In this document: piece by piece, positions 1 through 8,973 of the stretch
Numbering within the stretch: position 1 is the first letter of the stretch
How the letters are laid out: each line of letters starts with the position of its first letter
Assembly (NCBI GenBank): GCA_031262525.1
Contig: JAISHM010000006.1
Span: 7,880-71,879 of the forward strand
Source of the DNA: Rickettsiales bacterium
Lineage (GTDB): Bacteria > Pseudomonadota > Alphaproteobacteria > Rs-D84
DNA: 64,000 nt
Reading direction: 5' to 3'
Program-made: the position numbers and the translations under genes
The notes under the pieces: model-generated
Told to the model about the DNA's origin: nothing
Database searches by the model: none
What the model saw: the letters and a program-made list of their open reading frames with translations, nothing else

Positions 1-407
1 CGAATCAGTTTGTAATTTCGGGTCTGGCCGCAGATGTAGAAAAAGCGATGGAAATCGCAAAGTCGCGCGGCGCGCGGCGCGCGATGCAGTTGCCGTTATC
101 CGCGCCAGTTCATTGTTCGTTGCAATTACCGACTGCGGATATAATGGCGGATGCGTTATCAAATATAGAAATAAAAGCGCCAACCCACCCGCTTATATCA
201 AACAAAACAACCTTGCCGATGTCTGAACCTGATGAAATTAGGGACGCGTTGGTATATCAAATTACACATGGTGTGCGTTGGCGTGAATCTGTTACAAATA
301 TGCCGGACTTTGGAATTACAAAAACCATAGAGGTTGGACCAGGTTCCGCATTGACAGGAATGGTTCAACGTATCACAGATAAAATAACAGCAGAAAAAAT
401 AGGATAA
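1..407 (+). CDS. fabD: malonyl CoA-ACP transacylase, 3' part (5' end outside window)
   Basis: Frame 3 is open from the window edge (NQFVISGLAADVEKAMEIAK...). The C-terminal peptide reads ...VYQITHGVRWRESV.... The stop lies 4 nt before fabG, the usual fabD-fabG order. Confidence 0.8.
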   Translation, partial: NQFVISGLAADVEKAMEIAKSRGARRAMQLPLSAPVHCSLQLPTADIMADALSNIEIKAPTHPLISNKTTLPMSEPDEIRDALVYQITHGVRWRESVTNMPDFGITKTIEVGPGSALTGMVQRITDKITAEKIG

Positions 408-410
408 AAT

Positions 411-1148
411 ATGAATAATTTAACAGGGAAAATTGTTTTAATAACAGGTGCGACGGGTGGAATTGGTGCGGCGATTGCGCGGCGATTTGCAGACGCTGGC
501 GCAGCTGTTGTTTTAACAGGTCGTGATGAAAAAAAACTGGCGAAAATGTGTGATGGGTTGGGTGAATGTAGTGCAATGATACCGGCGGATTTATCTGATA
601 GCGCGGCAGCGAATAAACTAGTTGCTGATGTTTTGGAAAAATATGGACGCATAGATATTTTGGTAAATAATGCCGGTATAACCCGTGATACTTTGATGAT
701 GCGTATGACCGATGACCAATTTGATGAGGTTTTGCGTGTAAATTTACGCAGTACATTTTTGCTGACACGCGCTGTTTTAATACCGATGATGAAAAATCGT
801 TTTGGTCGGATTATAAATATGGCATCTGTGGTTGCCTTTATAGGGAACGCAGGTCAGGCAAATTATGCGGCAAGCAAGGGCGCAATCGTTGCAATGACAA
901 AATCAATCGCGGCCGAGGTTGCATCTCGCGATATAACCGCGAATTGTATTGCCCCTGGGTTTATTGAAACGCCAATGACAGATGGTTTGTCAGATGATGT
1001 AAAGACCCTGTATCAAAAACAAATTCCGATGGGGCGTTTTGGTTCGCCGGACGATGTGGCGGGCGCGGCGTTATTTTTGGCGTCTGATGACGCATCATAT
1101 ATCACAGGTCAAACAATCCATGTAAATGGCGGAATGGCAAGGTTTTAA
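411..1148 (+). CDS. fabG: 3-oxoacyl-ACP reductase
   Basis: 245 aa classical SDR with TGATGGIG nucleotide-binding motif, NNAG, and catalytic Y-x3-K (NYAASKGA). It directly follows fabD. Confidence 0.9.
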   Translation: MNNLTGKIVLITGATGGIGAAIARRFADAGAAVVLTGRDEKKLAKMCDGLGECSAMIPADLSDSAAANKLVADVLEKYGRIDILVNNAGITRDTLMMRMTDDQFDEVLRVNLRSTFLLTRAVLIPMMKNRFGRIINMASVVAFIGNAGQANYAASKGAIVAMTKSIAAEVASRDITANCIAPGFIETPMTDGLSDDVKTLYQKQIPMGRFGSPDDVAGAALFLASDDASYITGQTIHVNGGMARF

Positions 1149-1151
1149 TAA

Positions 1152-1252
1152 TTGGTGATGGTGGTTAGTGGTTAGTTATGGTGATTTATAAATAAATTGT
1201 CCTTTATAATGGACAAATTTACCATCCACCAGCACTAACCACTAGCCACTAA

Positions 1253-1260
<8 letters not shown>
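1152..1260. repeat. long palindromic repeat element, copy A (G/T-rich left arm, core TTGTCCTTTATAATGGACAA at 1197-1216, C/A-rich right arm)
   Basis: The left arm TTGGTGATGGTGGTTAGTGGTTAGTTATGGTG is the imperfect reverse complement of the right arm CACCAGCACTAACCACTAGCCACTAATTACACCA. The same core and arms recur at 26.0-26.9 kb. It lies between convergent fabG and ORF 1253-1831 and is probably a bidirectional terminator hairpin. Confidence 0.85.
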
Positions 1261-4279
<3,019 letters not shown>

Positions 4280-4290
4280 AGGATATTATT

Positions 4291-4575
4291 ATGACAAAAA
4301 TAAATGAATTTGGTGAAATTGTTCGTGATGGTGTGGGACTAGAAATCAGTCCCGAAGAATCTGAATTTAATAATTTGGTGTATCTGTTTTATAATCATAA
4401 AGATAGGATGACGCCAAGGCAATTACAGAGATACAATGAATTAAAACCAAAACATCAACAAAACGATAACTCTGTAAAAATTGCGTTGGACGCCGCCAAG
4501 GCAAAAATCCAAAAATCATCAAAACAAAATCCATTGGATATGATGAAAAAAATAAAAGCCGAAAATAGTCAATGA
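4291..4575 (+). CDS. hypothetical protein
   Basis: 94 aa ORF starting 11 nt after the gyrB stop, with an ATGA overlap to the next ORF. No motif recognised. Confidence 0.4.
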   Translation: MTKINEFGEIVRDGVGLEISPEESEFNNLVYLFYNHKDRMTPRQLQRYNELKPKHQQNDNSVKIALDAAKAKIQKSSKQNPLDMMKKIKAENSQ

Positions 4576-5153
4576 CACCAGAACAATTCTTTACCATAGA
4601 AAAGCAAATTATAGATGCTGAGTTGGATGCGGATTTAGATTCATTTTCACAAATAAAAAAACGGCTGTTGACGCATTCGGTTATGGACTTAAACGAATTT
4701 ACCCGTCAAATAATTTATGTGATTCTGGTGTCAGGGTTTTCACAAAGAACAGCAAAAATAATTCATAAAAAGATTATGGATTATTTAATGTCTGTGTCTA
4801 TGCCAACCGCTGATGATTTATTAAAAATTTTTAATAATAAAAATAAAATAAACGCGATTGTTCGGGTTTGGGAAAATAAAAAACAATATCACGCGGATTA
4901 TTATAAATTAAAAACACTGGATGAAAAATTAAACTATTTGGCGACTTTGCCACATATTGGAAAAATCACAGCAAATCATTTGGCGCGTAATCTGGGCGAA
5001 AATGTTTTTAAGCGTGATGTTTGGATAGAAAGGTTATTAAAAAAATATGGGGAAAATTTGTTGGAAGATTTATCGAGGAAAACAAAATTACCAATTGGGT
5101 ATATTGATGTTGTGTTATGGAAATCATGCCAAATAGGTTTAATAAAATTATGA
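4572..5153 (+). CDS. helix-hairpin-helix DNA glycosylase-like protein
   Basis: 193 aa. LATLPHIGKITANHLARNLG...KRDVWIERLL fits the HhH motif (LPGIG.kTA...D.h..R) of endonuclease III/3-methyladenine glycosylase-type proteins. It is translationally coupled to ung. Confidence 0.45.
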   Translation: MTPEQFFTIEKQIIDAELDADLDSFSQIKKRLLTHSVMDLNEFTRQIIYVILVSGFSQRTAKIIHKKIMDYLMSVSMPTADDLLKIFNNKNKINAIVRVWENKKQYHADYYKLKTLDEKLNYLATLPHIGKITANHLARNLGENVFKRDVWIERLLKKYGENLLEDLSRKTKLPIGYIDVVLWKSCQIGLIKL

Positions 5154-5824
5154 AAATAAATTTGGAGTCATCTTGGGCGGAAAAATTAAAAGACGAATTT
5201 TCGCAATATTATTGGACGCGCTTGCTGAATTTTTTGGATAATGAATATAAAAGTGGCACGGATATTTTCCCAGAAAAAAAAGATATTTTTTCGGCGTTAA
5301 ACGCATGTCCATTTGATTCTGTTCGGGTTGTAATTTTGGGACAAGACCCATATCATGGATGGGGGCAGGCGCACGGATTTTGTTTTTCGGTGCCAGATGG
5401 GGTGGCGGTTCCGCCCAGCCTGCGCAATATAATTCGTGAAATTGAAAATGATACAGGTGAAGTTTTTCCACTGATGTCGGGCGGCGATATTTCGTATTTG
5501 GCGGGGCGGGGCGTGCTTATGTTAAATTCTGTATTGTCTGTGCGAAGTGGCGCGCCCGCATCGCACGCGGGGCAGGGGTGGGAGCAATTTACAGACTCTG
5601 TTATTCGCGCATTGAATAAAAAATCAGAACTGGTTTATTTGTTATGGGGTGATTATGCGGCAAAAAAAGCAGCAATAATAGATGAAACAAAAAACTTGGT
5701 GTTGCGGTCGGCGCATCCGTCGCCTTTGTCAGCATATCATGGTTTTTTCGGGAACCATCATTTTACGCGAGCGAATGATTATCTGGTGTCGCGCGGATTC
5801 GCGCCTATTAAATGGGTAAAATAA
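5150..5824 (+). CDS. ung: uracil-DNA glycosylase
   Basis: Family-1 UDG motifs GQDPYHG, GVLMLNSVLSV and HPSPLSA. The ATG at 5150 overlaps the upstream stop (ATGA); the ORF-track start at 5117 is less likely. Confidence 0.9.
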   Translation: MKINLESSWAEKLKDEFSQYYWTRLLNFLDNEYKSGTDIFPEKKDIFSALNACPFDSVRVVILGQDPYHGWGQAHGFCFSVPDGVAVPPSLRNIIREIENDTGEVFPLMSGGDISYLAGRGVLMLNSVLSVRSGAPASHAGQGWEQFTDSVIRALNKKSELVYLLWGDYAAKKAAIIDETKNLVLRSAHPSPLSAYHGFFGNHHFTRANDYLVSRGFAPIKWVK

Positions 5825-5865
5825 TCTTGATTTTTAATAAATGCCTGATATAATCGGGCTTGTTT

Positions 5866-5903
5866 GGCGGGTTAGCTCAGTGGTAGAGCAGAGGAATCAT
5901 AAT
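5866..5903 (+). pseudogene. orphan 5' half of a split tRNA(CAT) gene (acceptor 5' strand, D-arm, anticodon stem 5' strand and loop)
   Basis: GGCGGGT-TA-GCTC-AGTGGTA-GAGC-A-GAGGA-ATCATAA ends in the anticodon loop. It pairs perfectly with the 3' half at 8658-8702 (acceptor GGCGGGT/ACCCGCT, anticodon stem GAGGA/TCCTT). Confidence 0.8.
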
Positions 5904-6101
5904 TATCAGAGGGTAAGTGTGATTTATCTGGATACAGCCCTGAACACCCCAGGTTTCGGCAGAAATACCGAAATAACAAGTGTGGATAAAACTGGATAGA
6001 ATTGGATTGAAATCTGGGGAAATATAAGTTATATTTTACACAGATGACACACAGGATTACACACAGAGTAAGATAAGGTAAAAATTGGTAAAAGTTTTTT
6101 T

Positions 6102-6176
6102 GGCGGGATAGCTCAGTGGTAGAGCAAGGCAATCATAATGCTTGGGTCGGGGGTTCAAATCCCTCTCCCGCTACCA
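6102..6176 (+). tRNA. tRNA with CAT anticodon (elongator Met or lysidine-type Ile2; not initiator)
   Basis: 75 nt cloverleaf by hand: GGCGGGA/TCCCGCT acceptor (G1-U72), GCTC/GAGC D-stem, AGGCA/TGCTT anticodon stem, loop ATCATAA, GGGGG/CCCTC T-stem, TTCAAAT T-loop, encoded ACCA. It lacks the three G-C pairs and 1-72 mismatch of initiator tRNA. Confidence 0.85.
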
Positions 6177-6182
6177 AAATTC

Positions 6183-6207
6183 ACAGGGGATTTATCCCCT
6201 GTTTTTT
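6183..6207 (+). terminator. rho-independent terminator after tRNA(CAT)
   Basis: ACAGGGGA-TTTA-TCCCCTGT hairpin followed by TTTTTT. Confidence 0.7.
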
Positions 6208-6227
6208 ATTGAAAATATACACCTTGT

Positions 6228-6440
6228 TTAACTCTTTGCCATTTGGATTAGAAATTCAGCACAGGCGGTGTCATATGTTTTGTATGTCAGTGCCAATACC
6301 AAACCGCTATCACATTCTGCATATGCCTGTGCCAGTTGTTCTGGCAGGTGTCGTAATATACGATTATTTGATTTCCGAATGGCTTTTTTGATTCTCTCTA
6401 TCATTCTGTTTTCAAATTCAATTCTTTCTTGCTCAGTCAT
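6228..6440 (-). CDS. hypothetical small protein (island)
   Basis: 70 aa ORF overlapping the next island ORF by 8 nt. No motif recognised. Confidence 0.35.
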   Translation of the reverse strand: MTEQERIEFENRMIERIKKAIRKSNNRILRHLPEQLAQAYAECDSGLVLALTYKTYDTACAEFLIQMAKS

Positions 6441-6930
6441 TATTTTCTCCTTTGTTTTTTGTGATTTTTGTTAATTCTTCGACAAATTCTTCACTAAACT
6501 CGTCAAATTCTGCGGTTAAAATATCTTCTATTTTTTGCGGGTCTTTTATATTGACCAGGCGCGGCGCAATATTAAACGGGATTCGCATCATTTTATCGCG
6601 ATGAATCCGTGCCACTGCAAAAGCATCGCTTTCAACCTGTGCGGCAGAAATCAATTTTCCGCTCTTCTCTTCATATTCCAATTTTTTCAAAGCCGCCTCA
6701 TAAGCCATACGCATTGCGCGGCTTTTACGATAAGAATCGTTTGATGTGTCCGAGACCTTTTTGTCTTCATTGTATGTCGTGTTTGTATTTTTACACCATT
6801 GAACATCTGCAATCGCGGGGTCAATTTTGCCATCATGGGTTGTGCTGATGCGTCCAGTTTCAATGGCTTTGCGTACAGCAGCGTCAGAAACGCCAATGTA
6901 TTTCGCATATGCTCTGATTGACATCGCCAT
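6433..6930 (-). CDS. phage-type HTH DNA-binding protein (Nu1/terminase-small-subunit-like N-terminus)
   Basis: 165 aa. The N-terminus SIRAYAKYIGVSDAAVRKAIETGRIS..DGKIDPAIADVQW is the HTH pattern I associate with small phage DNA-recognition proteins. Confidence 0.35.
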   Translation of the reverse strand: MAMSIRAYAKYIGVSDAAVRKAIETGRISTTHDGKIDPAIADVQWCKNTNTTYNEDKKVSDTSNDSYRKSRAMRMAYEAALKKLEYEEKSGKLISAAQVESDAFAVARIHRDKMMRIPFNIAPRLVNIKDPQKIEDILTAEFDEFSEEFVEELTKITKNKGENND

Positions 6931-7136
6931 TGTTTTTTTACCCTTGTTTTGTTCCCAAAAGTTCGCACTAAGTTCGCGCCCAGGTTCGCACCGTTATCCC
7001 AAATTTCTGCGGTGTTGAACCGCAAAGTGCGAACTGCGAACCGTTTTTTATTCTCTGTCGCTAGCGAGGTCTCGCGGTCGCCTTTACCCTCGTGGGAAAA
7101 TGTCCCCACAGTACCTTTTTGTTTTTTATTTTAATT

Positions 7137-7694
7137 TCAGTGTTTACTTTGCTCTTCCACCCATTTAATAATTGCGGCGAATGTGAATTGCTTTCCCATG
7201 CATTTTTCACGCAATGCCCGTTCAGTTTTTAATAACACTGGTTCTGAATACATTGAAAGTATTTGCGCCAGCGATGCATCCCGCCGCAGTAATTCCGCAA
7301 ATGAAAAATCATGCGCGATTTCGTATTTTTTGTCTTTGTCGGGGCTGAAATTATTCGCCAATTTTTTAATCAAAGCAGATACATTGTTACTGCCATTGTT
7401 ATTGTTTATGGAATTGCTATTGCTTACTGCTATTGCCGGAGTCAAGTCATCAGATTGCGAGCCAATCTGTTCAGATTGTTTTGCCCATCTGTTCGCACGT
7501 GCAACAGATAGTCCTTTCTTTCTGTTCTGATATGCGGCTTGGTCGCGGTCAATCTGTTTACGCATAAACCGCCATGCACCGACATCACAGTCTTTGTCTG
7601 GATAATGCAGCAGGCAATCAAAGATTTGCAATTTTTCCGCGTCCGACAAAGGCGCAATTATATCAATCAAATCAGTTTCCAGCAGGACTCGCAT
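7137..7694 (-). CDS. hypothetical phage-associated protein
   Basis: 185 aa ORF in the island with an Asn/Ser-rich linker. No catalytic motif recognised. Confidence 0.35.
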   Translation of the reverse strand: MRVLLETDLIDIIAPLSDAEKLQIFDCLLHYPDKDCDVGAWRFMRKQIDRDQAAYQNRKKGLSVARANRWAKQSEQIGSQSDDLTPAIAVSNSNSINNNNGSNNVSALIKKLANNFSPDKDKKYEIAHDFSFAELLRRDASLAQILSMYSEPVLLKTERALREKCMGKQFTFAAIIKWVEEQSKH

Positions 7695-7710
7695 AGCAAC
7701 CCCCCTTTGG

Positions 7711-7941
7711 TTATTGGCGGTTCGCCGTTGCCCTGAACGCAGATAGTTCGTCGATAATTTTATTTGCGTCGGCTGGAGTCATTCGTTCGCATTTCTGCCC
7801 TGTGCCTTGATAAGTCTGCGAAGCCTCGTAATCCGCAATGTCTGATTTGCGATAAACCACGCGACCAACACGTTTTATAAATTTGGGACCAACGCCCAGC
7901 GAACGCCATTTTTGCAAAGTATTGCGTTTACCTGTGAATAC
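7711..7941 (-). pseudogene. AlpA/excisionase-family HTH gene, 5'-truncated
   Basis: ...TLQKWRSLGVGPKFIKRVGRVVYRKSDIADYE matches the recognition-helix/wing part of AlpA-type regulators. The frame is open upstream only to a stop at about 7942-7944, has no ATG, and the first HTH helix is missing. Confidence 0.5.
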
Positions 7942-7945
7942 TTAC

Positions 7946-8458
7946 GCAAAATACAAAGATTTTTGCAATGCAACATTTATGACATTTGAATTGCCAGCAT
8001 ACAGCAAGCCGAATAAATTAAATAAAAGGTTCGTTAAACGTAAAAAGATTTATTTTACCGATACTAATTTCTTGTGCTATATCAAGCGTCGCGACATAGT
8101 GGATTTATATAATAATGACAAATCGGTTATGGGACATATATTTGAAAACTTTGTTGCAACGGAAATTATTAAAAATACAAGTGTTTTACCAGATAAATAT
8201 TATGTATCGCATTTTAATCCTGTACGTGGTGAGGGCAACGAGACCGACTTTATTATTGAAAAAGACAATGGCGAAACAATCGCAATCGAAGTTAAATTGG
8301 ATTCCACGTTAAACCCGAAAGATTTTAAAAATATGGAATTATGCCGTGATACAATTGGCGACAAATTCAAACGTGGTATAGTCCTTTATACTGGTGAAAA
8401 CATTGTCCCATTTGGTGATAAATTATGGGCAGTGCCTGTAAATTATTTGTATGAGTAA
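7946..8458 (+). pseudogene. C-terminal fragment of a DUF4143-type AAA ATPase
   Basis: ...KRFVKRKKIYFTDTNF...GHIFENFVATEIIK...ETDFIIEKDNGETIAIEVK matches the C-terminal DUF4143 region. The N-terminal AAA domain of roughly 200 aa is absent, and the fragment abuts the truncated AlpA-like gene. Confidence 0.55.
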
Positions 8459-8657
8459 AGATTTGCTTGAATATTGGGTTTTCGTGTGTTATATTTCATT
8501 CAACAAACAAGTAGTGGGTTTGGGGCGAAAGCCCAGACAAACAGCGGTTGTGATACAAAGCGACAAGCGCGCAAATGACGCGCAAAGGCTCGTAAAGGTA
8601 TTGTCGGGTGGGTAAAAACGGCGGATTTCCGCGTTAAATTATTGTCTGCTGACTGGT

Positions 8658-8702
8658 ATCATAATCCTTTGGTCGGGGGTCCGAATCCCTCACCCGCTAC
8701 CA
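8658..8702 (+). pseudogene. orphan 3' half of the split tRNA(CAT) gene
   Basis: ATCATAA-TCCTT-TGGTC-GGGGG-TCCGAAT-CCCTC-ACCCGCT-ACCA complements the 5' half at 5866-5903. The T-loop reads TCC instead of the near-invariant TTC (U55), consistent with decay. Confidence 0.8.
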
Positions 8703-8714
8703 AAATTGTAAATT

Positions 8715-8788
8715 GCCCGCATAGTATAATGGTAGAACACGTCCTTGGTAAGGACGAGACGGCAGTCCGATTCTGCCTGCGGGCACCA
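8715..8788 (+). tRNA. tRNA-Thr (GGT)
   Basis: GCCCGCA/TGCGGGC acceptor, CGTCC/GGACG anticodon stem, loop TTGGTAA, GGCAG/CTGCC T-stem, encoded ACCA. The D-stem has one mismatch and the variable loop is 4 nt. Confidence 0.75.
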
Positions 8789-8896
8789 GAATAATATATT
8801 CATCGGCATTGGCATCGGCTCGTGTATTTTTATACACTTCGCCACTGACCAACACCAATAACTATATCATTTTATCACCCGCAGCGGGCACCAGAA
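8779..8896 (+). repeat. 13-bp direct repeat of the tRNA-Thr 3' end flanking a ~92 bp hairpin-like insert
   Basis: GCGGGCACCAGAA occurs at 8779-8791 (tRNA 3' end) and again at 8884-8896. The interior contains GTGTATTTTTATACAC with G/T-rich and C/A-rich flanks (CATTGGCATCGGC ... GCCACTGACCAACACCAAT). Confidence 0.65.
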
Positions 8897-8973
8897 CATC
8901 GCATATGCGGCGAATTTTTTTCCTTTGTTTATTTTTTAAATAAGACTATGATATGAAAAAGGGAGAAAAAAAA

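Larger units (their letters stand above)
5904..8657. mobile_element. decayed integrated island (phage-like remnant) inserted in the anticodon loop of tRNA(CAT)
   Basis: It is bounded by an 8-bp direct repeat ATCATAAT (5896-5903 and 8658-8665) and the two halves of one tRNA. It carries its own tRNA(CAT), small phage-type HTH genes, a 5'-truncated AlpA-like gene and a DUF4143 ATPase fragment. No integrase remains. Confidence 0.6.

Noticed and set aside
6007-6035. TTGAAA-17 bp-TATATT promoter-like match upstream of the island tRNA(CAT).
   Set aside because: The spacing is plausible, but such hexamers are frequent in this AT-rich DNA. It is not supportable without transcription start data.
6116-6474. 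ORFs 6116-6391 and 6268-6474 on the plus strand.
   Set aside because: The first begins inside the tRNA(CAT) gene and runs through its terminator. Both are antisense to the island ORFs and have no supporting signals.
5904-8657. Idea that the interruption of tRNA(CAT) is a group I or group II intron, given known tRNA anticodon-loop introns in bacteria and some GNRA hairpins at 8520-8640 (GGGC-GAAA-GCCC).
   Set aside because: The insert is 2.75 kb and contains a complete tRNA with its own terminator plus opposite-strand phage-like ORFs. I see no P/Q/R/S-like group I core, no GUGYG...AY group II boundaries at the junctions, and no domain V-like hairpin.
8459-8702. Possibility that the T-arm/ACCA fragment is the acceptor piece of an alphaproteobacterial two-piece (permuted) tmRNA.
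   Set aside because: The acceptor strand lacks the G3-U70 alanine identity pair. The fragment includes an anticodon-stem strand and CAT loop that match the orphan 5' half at 5866-5903 exactly. No tag reading frame is evident.
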